The notes below the pieces were generated by a model. That model searched no databases, was not told where the DNA came from, and worked only from the letters and a program-made list of their open reading frames with translations. From assembly GCA_002506365.1 (NCBI GenBank), contig DAXK01000032.1, positions 17,269 through 81,268 on the forward strand: DNA of 64,000 bases, given 5' to 3'. Positions within the stretch are counted from its first letter, which is position 1. The number at the start of each line of letters is the position of its first letter. This DNA is from an archaeon UBA583 (GTDB lineage: Archaea > Nanobdellota > Nanobdellia > Woesearchaeales > UBA583). Of the stretch, positions 35,848-45,921 are shown piece after piece. The position numbers and the translations under genes were made by a program.

Positions 35848-36492
35848 TTAAGCAGTTACTTTTTTACCTGTTGATTTCTTAACAGCTTTTTTCTTAGGAG
35901 CTACTGCTTTTTTAGTAACTACTTTTTTAGCAGGGGCTTTCTTAGCAACTACTTTTTTAGCAGGTGCTTTTTTAACAACCTTCTTAGCAGGAGCTTTCTT
36001 AGCAACTACTTTTTTAGCAGGTGCTTTTTTAACAACCTTTTTAGCTGGGGCTTTTTTAGCTACAACTTTTTTATTTAATTTTGAAACTTCAGCCTTAACT
36101 TTTGAATTTGTCTTTTCAGCAGTAGTTAACTTAGACTTAATATCTTTCATCATACCAATACTCTTAGCTAATAATTTTTCATCATCAGCTGAAACAGTCT
36201 TAGCAGCCTTAGTTGCAATTTTTTTCGCTGCAGCTTTTTTAACATCAACTTTATTAATTAAAAGTTCATTATTATTTAAAGCCTTATCTAACATCTTCTT
36301 TAAATCAGCATTCTCTTTTTCTAATCTCTTAGTCATAGATTTTTCACTATTTAATTGTTCCTTAGATTTTACAGATTCTAAATGTAACATATGTCTATCC
36401 TCAGATAGTTTATGACTCTCAATAATGATTCTTTTAATTTCTGATAAAGATTCATCTGAAACATGTTTTTTTTTAAATAATTTATTTAACAT
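35848..36492 (-). CDS. Lys/Ala/Pro-repeat protein (histone H1-like tail) with N-terminal coiled coil
   Basis: C-terminal (KKAPAKKVV[A])n tract. Start taken at the ATG at 36492 (MLNKLFKKK). Confidence 0.65.
   Translation of the reverse strand: MLNKLFKKKHVSDESLSEIKRIIIESHKLSEDRHMLHLESVKSKEQLNSEKSMTKRLEKENADLKKMLDKALNNNELLINKVDVKKAAAKKIATKAAKTVSADDEKLLAKSIGMMKDIKSKLTTAEKTNSKVKAEVSKLNKKVVAKKAPAKKVVKKAPAKKVVAKKAPAKKVVKKAPAKKVVAKKAPAKKVVTKKAVAPKKKAVKKSTGKKVTA
35911..36069 (-). repeat. Coding tandem repeat (27/54-nt period) specifying KKAPAKKVV(A) units
   Basis: Repeated agcaggtgcttttttaacaacc / agcaggagctttcttagcaactac blocks are visible on the plus strand. Confidence 0.8.
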
Positions 36493-36658
36493 TTTAAAAA
36501 TAAAATAAATAAAATACATCTTAAATATTATTAACTCAAAAATAAAATAACATTAAAGTATCAAAAAATAAAATAAAAAATTACAAAATAAATAACAAAA
36601 CAAAACATAAATAATTAACAAAAAGATAGTTTGAAAATCAAACTAGAATAAATTTTAA

Positions 36659-36952
36659 TCAAAAACCAAACTCATCTAAAAACTCCCTAAACTCATCAAA
36701 CCTATTTAAAAAATTAACACCAATATCAGTTAAACTATAAACAAATCTTGAAGACTTTTTACTAACCTCATTTCTAACTAAAAAATTCTTTTTTTCTAAC
36801 TCAAAAATATACTCCTCAAACATCCCAAAAGATAAATTAGACTTTCTCATCAAATTAGTTGGAGAAATATTATTCCCTGACTTTTTAACCTCCAACAATA
36901 TATCTCTATTAACTTCTAACTTAGAACGCCGTTTAACAGATTTCATACTCAT
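36659..36952 (-). CDS. Winged-helix DNA-binding protein (COG3432/HTH_45-like archaeal regulator)
   Basis: RRSKLEVNRDILLEV..ISPTNLMRKSNLSFGMFEEYIFELEKKNFLV..YSLTDIGVNFL pattern. ATGA overlap with the upstream membrane protein gene. Confidence 0.6.
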   Translation of the reverse strand: MSMKSVKRRSKLEVNRDILLEVKKSGNNISPTNLMRKSNLSFGMFEEYIFELEKKNFLVRNEVSKKSSRFVYSLTDIGVNFLNRFDEFREFLDEFGF

Positions 36953-37782
36953 TTTTCAAATTTTTTTCTCCAACCAAATAACTTAAAATAAATATAAGCA
37001 TAAATAATAAAATGAAATAAATTCATAATTAATTCAAAGTAAATAATTGGTAATAAATCCTCAAAGAAAAAATCAAAAGAATTTACAAACCTTAAAAATA
37101 AAAGTAAAATAATTGTAACATAAGGAACTTGCTTTAAAATTTTTTTAAAATTTCCCTTCTCAGAAACTAAATAAATAAATCCTCCAAATAAAACTAAATT
37201 ATAAACTACAAATAAATACTCACTAATCATAAACAAAATAATAGTTACAATAAAATCAACAAAAATCAAAACACTATTTAAAAATAAAAAAAAGTTTTTA
37301 GAACTTTTCGAATTAGACTTTAAATCATAAAATTTAGATAAAATTGAAAATAATAAATAAGTTCTAGCAATCCATGCAAAAGATACAAAAGATATTAACA
37401 TTAAAATAAGACTCCAAAAATTAAAATCAATTGATAAATTAATAAAACTATTAAAAATAACTAATACATAATATGAAAACGAAATAATTGATAATAAAAA
37501 ATAAAAATAAAAAGAAGTATAAAATGCCTCCAAATTTTCTGACCCAATAAAAGTATTTATTTTTTTAGACTCTGAAAATATCTTATAAGATAAAAAAATA
37601 AAACCACACATCAACAATAAATAAAACCAAGATTCAATCGAACTATAACTATGTATAATTTCATTCACCATCTCCAATTTTAAATTAACAAAAGAAAAAT
37701 TAGTTGACTCATTTAATGTAGAATTAACTAGCAAATTTTCACCCAAAGATTCATTTAAATTATTAATTGATAAATTACTCAT
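36949..37782 (-). CDS. Polytopic membrane protein, unknown function
   Basis: 277-aa hydrophobic ORF translationally coupled to the wHTH gene. Confidence 0.5.
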   Translation of the reverse strand: MSNLSINNLNESLGENLLVNSTLNESTNFSFVNLKLEMVNEIIHSYSSIESWFYLLLMCGFIFLSYKIFSESKKINTFIGSENLEAFYTSFYFYFLLSIISFSYYVLVIFNSFINLSIDFNFWSLILMLISFVSFAWIARTYLLFSILSKFYDLKSNSKSSKNFFLFLNSVLIFVDFIVTIILFMISEYLFVVYNLVLFGGFIYLVSEKGNFKKILKQVPYVTIILLLFLRFVNSFDFFFEDLLPIIYFELIMNLFHFIIYAYIYFKLFGWRKKFEK

Positions 37783-37892
37783 ACAAATATTAAATTAAAA
37801 CCATTTAAATAAATTTGTAATTTATCCAAACTAATTTCTAAAATAGAAGTTTGATACATTTTGTTTATAAACATAATTCAAGTAAATATAGT

Positions 37893-38606
37893 ATGGACAA
37901 AAATCAATCCATATTAGAGTTAAAAAAAGTTTCAAAAATCTATGAAATGGGTGGTGAAAAACTTTACGCTCTAAACAATGTATCCTTAAAAATTAATCAA
38001 GGAGAATTTGTTGCAATCGTTGGAAGTTCAGGATCTGGAAAATCTACTCTTATGAATATGATGGGAGTATTAGATAGACCAACATCTGGGGAAGTGTTTT
38101 TAAAAAATCAAAAAGTAAAAGATTTAGATAAAGATACACTAGCAAATTTTCGTGGTAGAGAAGTAGGATTTATATTTCAACAATATAATTTAATTTCAAG
38201 ACTCTCAGCAAAAGAAAATATTGCTCTAACATTAGAATTTTTAGACTTTGAATCTCAAACTGCTGATATCTACATTGATAAAGTATTAAAACTTGTTGGA
38301 CTATCAGATAAAAAAAACCATACTCCTGGTAAATTATCTGGAGGTCAACAACAAAGAGTAAGCATAGCTAGAAGTTTAGTTGCAAATCCATCAATCATAT
38401 TAGCTGATGAACCAACTGGAGCCCTAGACTCTAAAACTGGAAAAGATGTTTTAGAAATATTAACAAAATTAAACAAAGAAGGAAAAACCATAATTATGAT
38501 TACACACGACTTAAATTTAGCAAAATACGCAAAAAGAATTGTTGAAATCAAAGATGGTAAAATTATTAAAGATCACATAAATAATGTTCAAACAAAAATA
38601 AAATAA
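37893..38606 (+). CDS. ABC transporter ATP-binding protein (MacB/LolD/FtsE-type)
   Basis: Walker A GSSGSGKST, signature LSGGQQQRVSIAR, Walker B IILADEPTGALD, ITHD. ATG at 37893 preferred over the TTG at 37851. Confidence 0.9.
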   Translation: MDKNQSILELKKVSKIYEMGGEKLYALNNVSLKINQGEFVAIVGSSGSGKSTLMNMMGVLDRPTSGEVFLKNQKVKDLDKDTLANFRGREVGFIFQQYNLISRLSAKENIALTLEFLDFESQTADIYIDKVLKLVGLSDKKNHTPGKLSGGQQQRVSIARSLVANPSIILADEPTGALDSKTGKDVLEILTKLNKEGKTIIMITHDLNLAKYAKRIVEIKDGKIIKDHINNVQTKIK

Positions 38607-38625
38607 AATAAAAATAATATAAAAA

Positions 38626-39870
38626 ATGAAAAAAAATAATATAATAAAAATATTCATAACAATGTTAATATTAACATTAACATTAAATCTAAGTTTTGCT
38701 AACACAACTCCTGGAGCAGTAAGTTTAAAACTTTTAAATCAAAATCCAGACCCAGTAAAAGCTGGAGAAATCGTAACAGTAAGAATTAGTGTTGAAAACT
38801 TAGGAGGGACATCAGTTGAAGGTTACTCAGTAAGATTTGAAGATAACTACCCATTCACACTATTTGAATCAGAACAAAGAGAATATAACTTAGGTAAAAT
38901 TTTGGCTAATGCCGGTGGAACATCTGCCCAAATTTTAAAATTTAAAGCAAGAGTATCTGAAGATGTAAGTGAAGGAAACTACCCAATTAAAATTATCGGA
39001 ATTTCCAATAATGGAGTTCAAAATATTAAAGAATTTTTAGTTGAAGTAAACTCAGAAGCAAATGCTGAAATTTCATCAATATCAGTCGATTCACTAATCC
39101 CTGGAGAAAAAACACTAATTAATTTTGGAATTAAAAATGTCGGAAAATCAGATTTAGAAAATATTAAATTTTCATGGCAATCCCAAGACGACATTATTTT
39201 ACCAGTTGGATCTGGAAACTTTAAATATATTGATAGAATTAAAAAAGGTGAAGAAGAAATTTTATCATTTCAAGTTGTATCAGATTTAAACACTGAACCA
39301 AAATTATACAAACTAGAATTAACAGTTGAATACGACGATGTAGAAAGTTTACAAACAATTACAGACGCTGGAACAATTGAAAATCAAAAAAGAAGAGAAG
39401 TTGTCTCAAAAGCAGGAATTTACGTTGGAGGAAAAACTGACTTTGAAATTTCTCAAAAAGATTCTACTATAAACTCAGTAACATTTTCAATTGCAAACAT
39501 TGGATCAAACTTAGCAAGTTCAGTTGTAATTAAAGTTCCAGAACAAGATAATTATGAAACAATTTCATCTGATTCAAAAGTAATTGGAAATATTAAAAAA
39601 GGAGCATTTGGAAGATTTGAATTTGATTTAAATCAACTAAATAAACAAAACCAATTAAATTTAGTTATCGAATATACTGACACAACAGGAAAAAGACAAT
39701 CAGCTATGAAAACAGTAAAAGTTAATTTACAAGATAAAGCACTTTTTTCAGATGAACCAAAATCAGAAAGTTCAAATACTAAAACATATATGATCACAGC
39801 ATTATTAATTATCGGGATTGGAATTTACCTTTATAGAAACAAAAGACAAAAAAAATATAAACATAATTAA
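38626..39870 (+). CDS. Secreted, C-terminally anchored beta-sandwich repeat protein (COG1361/CARDB-like), ABC-exporter associated
   Basis: Signal peptide, repeated ..GE..T....V.N.G.. units, C-terminal TM plus basic tail. Sits between the ATPase and permease genes. Confidence 0.7.
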   Translation: MKKNNIIKIFITMLILTLTLNLSFANTTPGAVSLKLLNQNPDPVKAGEIVTVRISVENLGGTSVEGYSVRFEDNYPFTLFESEQREYNLGKILANAGGTSAQILKFKARVSEDVSEGNYPIKIIGISNNGVQNIKEFLVEVNSEANAEISSISVDSLIPGEKTLINFGIKNVGKSDLENIKFSWQSQDDIILPVGSGNFKYIDRIKKGEEEILSFQVVSDLNTEPKLYKLELTVEYDDVESLQTITDAGTIENQKRREVVSKAGIYVGGKTDFEISQKDSTINSVTFSIANIGSNLASSVVIKVPEQDNYETISSDSKVIGNIKKGAFGRFEFDLNQLNKQNQLNLVIEYTDTTGKRQSAMKTVKVNLQDKALFSDEPKSESSNTKTYMITALLIIGIGIYLYRNKRQKKYKHN

Positions 39871-39871
39871 A

Positions 39872-40474
39872 ATGGAAAAAAAACCCCAAAAACAAAATAA
39901 AACAAAAATTCAGAACACAAGTCAAAAGAAAAATCAAACTACTGAACATTTAATTATTAGATTATTTGATATAATCAGTATTCCATTTTTTATTTTATTA
40001 GCAATATTAATAATTGAAGACCAATTATACACAATGGATTTTTATTTTGAATATGCTATTTATTTTGGATTACTAAGTGGAGTTATAACATTATTAATGT
40101 ATGGATTCGCTGGATACAGAGCTAAAAAAAATGAATCTAAAAATATTAAACCAAGTTACGCAGGATTAAGTTTAGGTTTACTAATTGGAGTTATTGGATT
40201 TATATTAACTATGTTTGTTAGTTCAAGTTTTGATGATGTATTAAATAATATAGATTCTGAGGATTATAATAATCTAAAAGATAATTCAAATCAAGAAGAT
40301 GAATTTGTAATTGGATCAGAATCAGAGTTTGAATCCGAATCTGAAAATTTTGGTAACGAAGATTTTGAAAATTCATTTAAATTATTTGGTTACATATTCG
40401 GAATTATTGGTATAATATTTGGAGGACTTATTGGAATGTTATTTGGATTTATCGGTGGAAAAGTAGCACAATAG
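39872..40474 (+). CDS. Membrane protein with acidic loop, unknown function
   Basis: ATG at 39872 lies 1 nt after the previous stop. Has 4 hydrophobic helices. Confidence 0.5.
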   Translation: MEKKPQKQNKTKIQNTSQKKNQTTEHLIIRLFDIISIPFFILLAILIIEDQLYTMDFYFEYAIYFGLLSGVITLLMYGFAGYRAKKNESKNIKPSYAGLSLGLLIGVIGFILTMFVSSSFDDVLNNIDSEDYNNLKDNSNQEDEFVIGSESEFESESENFGNEDFENSFKLFGYIFGIIGIIFGGLIGMLFGFIGGKVAQ

Positions 40475-40560
40475 AATTTTAGAAATTAAAATGATATAAA
40501 TACAATAAATTAAAATAAAAAAATAAAAATAATAATAATAAAATAGAATAAAAATAAAAA

Positions 40561-41832
40561 ATGAAATTACTAAAAAAACTTAAAATTGCTTTTGGAATGT
40601 TAAAAAATGCTAAACTTAGAAGTTGGCTAACTATTATCGGAATTGTTATTGCTGTAGCATCAGTTACAATGATTTTAAGTTTTGGTGAAGGAATTAATAA
40701 CGAAGTTCAAAATAAATTAGGAAGTTCAGGAATTGGAATATATAGTTTAACAGCAGGTTATAGTTGGTCAGAAGAACAAATACCTCAAAATACTAAAATC
40801 ACATACCAAGACTATGAATTTTTACAAGATGTAAAATTCATTGATAAAGTTTCAAGAGAAATTAGTATGTATTCAAAAGCAAATTATTTTGGTGAAGAAT
40901 ATGATTTATCAGTAAAAGGAGTTGATTTAGAAAATTTTGAAATATTTAATGAAATAACAATTACTGATGGAAGAATTTTAAATGAAGATGATAATGGAGT
41001 TATTTTATTATCAAAAGATTACATTAATGAATCATTCCCCGAAGATTTTAAACCAACAATTGGCGACTATATAGAATTTGGTTCAAAACAATTATTAATT
41101 GTTGGAATTTATGACTCAAATGATTTTTTAGGATTCTCATTTACTAATGGATATGTAAGTTTTCAAGATGTTAAAGAATTAAAAGAAGAAATAGCTGAAC
41201 TTGAAGAAAACTACGAAGAATATGATGAATATGGAAATTTAAAAAGTGATGTTTATGACTCAATTATGATTAAATTTAATAATTTATATTCAACAAAAGA
41301 TGCCAAAGAAAAATTGACAAAACAATTAGACAAATTTAGAGATTCAAATCCAGACTCACAAAATTATAATTTAGGTGGAAAAGAAGATGCTTTAGGATTT
41401 ATTAATAAAATTGTAGATGTAGTAACTTGGGTTCTAGTTGGGTTTGCAAGTATTTCAATTGTTGTAGGTTCAGTAGGTGTTGCAAATACAATGTATACAT
41501 CAGTAATTGAAAAAACAAAAGAAATTGGAATTATGAAAGCAATTGGAGCAAAAGATTCAGACATTGAACATATTTTTCTATTAAACTCAGGACTTCTTGG
41601 ATTAGCAGGAGGAGTAATTGGTGTAGCTATTGGACTATTTTTCGCAATTATCGCAGGAATTGCAATTATATATTTTTCTAAAATTGAAGGAATTAGTTTA
41701 TGGAGTTTAATAAGTTTTAAAATTATATTTGGAAGTTTATTATTTTCAATATTAATTGGAATGGTAAGTGGATATTTCCCTGCTAAAAATGCAGCAGCTC
41801 AAGATCCAGTTGTAGCATTAAGAGGAGAATAA
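40561..41832 (+). CDS. ABC transporter permease, FtsX/MacB family
   Basis: N-terminal TM, large extracytoplasmic domain, C-terminal 3-TM FtsX-like block (EKTKEIGIMKAIGA). Confidence 0.85.
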   Translation: MKLLKKLKIAFGMLKNAKLRSWLTIIGIVIAVASVTMILSFGEGINNEVQNKLGSSGIGIYSLTAGYSWSEEQIPQNTKITYQDYEFLQDVKFIDKVSREISMYSKANYFGEEYDLSVKGVDLENFEIFNEITITDGRILNEDDNGVILLSKDYINESFPEDFKPTIGDYIEFGSKQLLIVGIYDSNDFLGFSFTNGYVSFQDVKELKEEIAELEENYEEYDEYGNLKSDVYDSIMIKFNNLYSTKDAKEKLTKQLDKFRDSNPDSQNYNLGGKEDALGFINKIVDVVTWVLVGFASISIVVGSVGVANTMYTSVIEKTKEIGIMKAIGAKDSDIEHIFLLNSGLLGLAGGVIGVAIGLFFAIIAGIAIIYFSKIEGISLWSLISFKIIFGSLLFSILIGMVSGYFPAKNAAAQDPVVALRGE

Positions 41833-41944
41833 TTTTCTCCAAAAATACTAAATTAAAATATTAATAAAATACAAATTTAAATTTTAAATAAAATATTTTA
41901 TAATATTAAAGAGGTTTTATAAACAGAAATATAAATTCTATAAT

Positions 41945-43024
41945 ATGGAATTAATTATGTTAATTATATTAATATTTTTCACATTAATTTTTTTAATTTT
42001 ACTTATAACAGAAACTCTCCCAGTTTTTGGTGCAACAAAAATAAAATTTAAAGATAAATTTGAAAATATTGAAAAAACAATTTTAGGAAATAAAAACGAA
42101 AGCTCATTTACAGGAATTTTAGAATTTTTTATATTTAAAAAAGATAAAATCCCAAGAAAAAAAATTCAAAATCCAAAATTAAATTCTAAATATATTGAAA
42201 ATCCAAATAAAGAAAATACACAAATTACTTGGTTTGGGCATTCATCTGTATTAATTCAATCTCAAGAATTAAATATTCTAACTGACCCAGTGTTTTCAAA
42301 AAGAGCATCACCATTTCAATTTGTAGGTCCAAAAGGATTTAAATATGAAAATAAATTAAAAATAAAACACTTACCACAAATTGATTATGTTTTAATTTCT
42401 CACGACCATTACGACCATTTAGATTATAAAACAATTAAAAAAATAAGTGAAAAAGTAAAACATTTTTTAGTTCCAATTGGAGTGAAATCCCATCTAGTAA
42501 AATGGGGAGTTAAAGCTAAAAAAATTACAGAATTTAATTGGTGGGATGAAAAAGTAATTTCTAAAAAAACAATGTTTGCATACACTCCAGCGCAACACTT
42601 CTCAGGAAGAAAATTAACTGATCAATTCAAAACCCTTTGGGGAAGTTGGGTAATTAAAATAAATAATAAAAGTATATATTTTAGTGGAGATAGTGGATAT
42701 TTTAAAGGATTTAAAGAAATCGGAAATAAATATGGACCATTTGATTTAACAATGATTGAAAATGGAGCTTATTCAAAACACTGGCCACAAGTTCATATGT
42801 TTCCAAATGAAACCTTAAAAGCGCATATGGATTTGAAAGGAAAAAAATTAATGCCAATTCACTGGGGAAAATTCGACTTAAGTTATCACCCCTGGCGTGA
42901 ACCGGTTGAAAGACTATTAGAATATGCTAAAAAAGAAAAACAAATAATTATTACACCACAACTATTTGAAACATTTAATTTAGAAAATAAAACTAATTTT
43001 AAAAAGTGGTGGAAAACTTTGTGA
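41945..43024 (+). CDS. Metallo-beta-lactamase-fold hydrolase (NAPE-PLD-like)
   Basis: ISHDHYDHLD (HxHxDH) motif and an N-terminal TM helix. Confidence 0.75.
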   Translation: MELIMLIILIFFTLIFLILLITETLPVFGATKIKFKDKFENIEKTILGNKNESSFTGILEFFIFKKDKIPRKKIQNPKLNSKYIENPNKENTQITWFGHSSVLIQSQELNILTDPVFSKRASPFQFVGPKGFKYENKLKIKHLPQIDYVLISHDHYDHLDYKTIKKISEKVKHFLVPIGVKSHLVKWGVKAKKITEFNWWDEKVISKKTMFAYTPAQHFSGRKLTDQFKTLWGSWVIKINNKSIYFSGDSGYFKGFKEIGNKYGPFDLTMIENGAYSKHWPQVHMFPNETLKAHMDLKGKKLMPIHWGKFDLSYHPWREPVERLLEYAKKEKQIIITPQLFETFNLENKTNFKKWWKTL

Positions 43025-43036
43025 ATTCTTCACAAA
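43018..43036 (+). terminator. Hairpin TTTGTGAA-ttc-TTCACAAA overlapping the TGA stop, followed by two more hairpins (about 43049-43061 and 43070-43095)
   Basis: Perfect 8-bp stem followed by ATTTT, located between convergent genes. Confidence 0.3.
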
Positions 43037-43126
43037 ATTTTCCTCCAAGAGACATTGTCTCAAAAATGGATAAACTCTCTGATAATTTAGAGAGTTTTAA
43101 AAAGTTAAAATAAACAAAAATAAATA

Positions 43127-43969
43127 TTATTCCCTAGAATAATATCTACCTATTTTAACATCCTTCGCAAAAAAACTTAATTCCTCTAAACACTTCTCCG
43201 CAACATCCCCAGTCAAATCAGACTCAACATCAACAAAAAAAACATAATCAAACTTCTTAACCTTACTAGGACGACTCTCAATCTTTGTCAAATTAAAACC
43301 ATTAGTTGCAAAAGCCCCTAAACACTTATACAAAGCACCAGCAAAATCCCGAGTTCTAAAAAAAATAGTTGACTTATTACTCTTAGTCAAATCATAATTA
43401 AATTCTAAACCTTTTCTCTTAACCAAAAAAAACCTAGTAGTATTATCATCAGCATTCTTAACATCATCACTCAAAACATCTAAACCATAAATCTCACTAC
43501 ACAAAACAGAACTCAAACTAGCAACTTGAGCTTCATCAGTCTCCGACACAAACTTCGCAGCACCTGCAGTATCTCCAAAACTAATTGCCTCAATCCCATT
43601 TTTCTCCAAAAAATTAGAACACTGACTCAAGGCCTGAGGATGAGAATAAACTTTCTTAATATCAGACAACTTAGTCCCAGACTTAACTAACAAATTATGA
43701 TTAACAGGTAACTTAAACTCACCAACAAGTTCAACCTCATCAGCAAACTCAGAAAACAAATCATAATTAGCAACTACGGAACCAGCATTAGAATTCTCAA
43801 TAGGAACCATTCCAAAACCACACCCAGAAATAATTTCCTCAAATAACTTTCTAAAAGAATAAACATTTTTAGTCTCAAAATTAATACTATTTAACTCACA
43901 AAACTTAATCAAAGCTTCCTCCGAATAGGCTCCATTCTCCCCTTGAAAAGCAATAGTTACTTTATTCAT
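43127..43969 (-). CDS. pheA: Prephenate dehydratase
   Basis: IAFQGENGAYSEEA, TRFFLV, and an ACT domain with ESRPSK. Start at the ATG at 43969 overlaps the Nudix gene end by 8 nt. Confidence 0.85.
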   Translation of the reverse strand: MNKVTIAFQGENGAYSEEALIKFCELNSINFETKNVYSFRKLFEEIISGCGFGMVPIENSNAGSVVANYDLFSEFADEVELVGEFKLPVNHNLLVKSGTKLSDIKKVYSHPQALSQCSNFLEKNGIEAISFGDTAGAAKFVSETDEAQVASLSSVLCSEIYGLDVLSDDVKNADDNTTRFFLVKRKGLEFNYDLTKSNKSTIFFRTRDFAGALYKCLGAFATNGFNLTKIESRPSKVKKFDYVFFVDVESDLTGDVAEKCLEELSFFAKDVKIGRYYSRE

Positions 43970-44477
43970 CCTTACAACAACCATCAGACTCACAACAATC
44001 ACTCAAACAATCACTACAATCACCACAACTATTACCAGAAACAATATCTTTTCCAACCTCACTATAAAAATCTTTTAAATATTCATCTTGCTTAAAAGCA
44101 AAATCATAATTAGAAAGTTCATCAAATCCAACCCATTTAAACTCTGAATGTTCATAATTCATCTTAACTCCAAGTTCATCAACAACAGACCCAAAAAAAT
44201 AAATTACTCTAAGACGAGAACCAACAACAATTGATTTAAAATAATCATACTCTAAAACTTCACAATGAGTTTCCTCATAAACTTCCCTAAACAAAGAATG
44301 TTCAAAACTCTCTCCAGACTCAACACCTCCTCCAGGAATACACCACTTACCTGGCTCACAATCATCATCATCCGCCCTTTTTAAAATTAAAACTTTATTT
44401 CCATCAGAATTTAAACAAATAAAACTTACAGCATTCCAAACTCTAGAATCATTAACACCACTATTTTCATTACTCAT
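43962..44477 (-). CDS. Nudix hydrolase with Cys-rich C-terminal tail
   Basis: Nudix box GGGVESGESFEHSLFREVYEETH. Tail GNSCGDCSDCLSDCCESDGCCKDE. Confidence 0.8.
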   Translation of the reverse strand: MSNENSGVNDSRVWNAVSFICLNSDGNKVLILKRADDDDCEPGKWCIPGGGVESGESFEHSLFREVYEETHCEVLEYDYFKSIVVGSRLRVIYFFGSVVDELGVKMNYEHSEFKWVGFDELSNYDFAFKQDEYLKDFYSEVGKDIVSGNSCGDCSDCLSDCCESDGCCKDE

Positions 44478-44602
44478 AAAATAAATATCTCAAACAAATA
44501 ATATAAATATTTGTAAAATAAAAATAAAAATAAAAATAAACACTAATAGATAATAACTATTTACACCAAACCTTTATATATTAAATACAAGTTATTTTTA
44601 CT

Positions 44603-45817
44603 ATGACAAAACAATTACCTATTCAACCTACATTAAATATGGGAATCGTAGGACACGTAGATCACGGAAAAACTACACTTACGAAAATTTTATCTGGAAA
44701 ATGGACAGATACACACTCTGAAGAAAAAAAAAGAGGAATTACAATTAAATTAGGATATACTAACTTTTCAATTTTTGAAGATGGTGATAAACTAGTTACA
44801 AAATTAAAAAAAGCAAACCCAATTAGAAACATCTCAATTGTAGATGCTCCAGGACACGAGTCCTTTATGGCAACAATGATTTCAGGAGCAGCAATTATGG
44901 ATTGTGCTTTATTATTAGTAGCAGCAAATGAAAAATGTCCACAACCTCAAACAATTGAGCACTTAAAAACATTAGAAATTGCAGGAATTAAAGATATTAT
45001 TGTAATCCAAAACAAAGTTGACTTAGTAAATAGGGAAGAAGCAATTGAAAATTTCAAAGAAATTCAAGAATTTTTAAAAGGAACTGTAGCAGAAAATGCA
45101 CCAGTAATCCCATTATCCGCTCAACACGGAGCAAATATTAGTGAATTATTAAAAGCAATTAACATAACATTCAAAGATCCAGTTAGAGAAACTAAAAAAG
45201 ATCCAAGTTTATACGTAGTTAGAAGTTTTGATATTAACAAACCTGGTGATGACTACTCAAATCTAAAAGGAGGAGTTTTAGGAGGTTCAATTAAAGAAGG
45301 AACAGTTAAAGTTGGTGACGATATTGAAATTAGACCAGGTTTAATGAAACAAGAACACGGTAAAATTTCATACGAACCAATTATGGCAACTGTTAAAGGT
45401 TTAATGTCAGATAAAGATAAATTAGACTCAGCAATTCCAGGTGGAAGTGTAGCAATTATGACAGAATTAGACCCAGCAGTAACTAAAACTGATAGTCTAG
45501 TTGGACAAATTGCAGGATTAAAAGGAACTTTACCTGAACCATGTACAGAAATTACATTCGACCAACACATGTTTGATAAAATCACAACCTCAGATGGAGA
45601 ACACGAAGTTAAAGCAAATGTTCCAAATGAACCTTTAATGTTAATTGTAAATTCATTAACAACAGTAGGAGTAGTTTCAAAAGTAAATCCTAAACAAGTA
45701 ACTGTTAAATTAAAAAGACCAGTTATGGCATTTAACGGAGATAGAGTTGTAATCTTCAAACAATTTGGAACAAACAAATGGAAGATTATGGGATATGGGA
45801 TCATCAAAGGACAATAG
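44603..45817 (+). CDS. eif2g: Translation initiation factor aIF2 gamma subunit
   Basis: GIVGHVDHGKTTL, DAPGHE, NKVD. Three-domain EF-Tu-like length of 404 aa. Confidence 0.92.
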   Translation: MTKQLPIQPTLNMGIVGHVDHGKTTLTKILSGKWTDTHSEEKKRGITIKLGYTNFSIFEDGDKLVTKLKKANPIRNISIVDAPGHESFMATMISGAAIMDCALLLVAANEKCPQPQTIEHLKTLEIAGIKDIIVIQNKVDLVNREEAIENFKEIQEFLKGTVAENAPVIPLSAQHGANISELLKAINITFKDPVRETKKDPSLYVVRSFDINKPGDDYSNLKGGVLGGSIKEGTVKVGDDIEIRPGLMKQEHGKISYEPIMATVKGLMSDKDKLDSAIPGGSVAIMTELDPAVTKTDSLVGQIAGLKGTLPEPCTEITFDQHMFDKITTSDGEHEVKANVPNEPLMLIVNSLTTVGVVSKVNPKQVTVKLKRPVMAFNGDRVVIFKQFGTNKWKIMGYGIIKGQ

Positions 45818-45921
45818 TCCTTAAAACCTTATTTTTTTAATTCTAAAATATAAATAAAATAAATCTTTCTTACAAATAAATACAATAAAACTTTATATAC
45901 TTTTAAAAATAATTCAACAAT

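Noticed and set aside
38345-38705. ORFs 38345..38551 and 38517..38705 antisense to the ABC ATPase and the following gene
   Set aside because: They lie within or across confidently called plus-strand genes and have hydrophobic low-complexity translations.
45253-45807. 184-aa ORF antisense to aIF2-gamma
   Set aside because: It lies entirely within a confidently identified conserved gene on the other strand and has no motif of its own.
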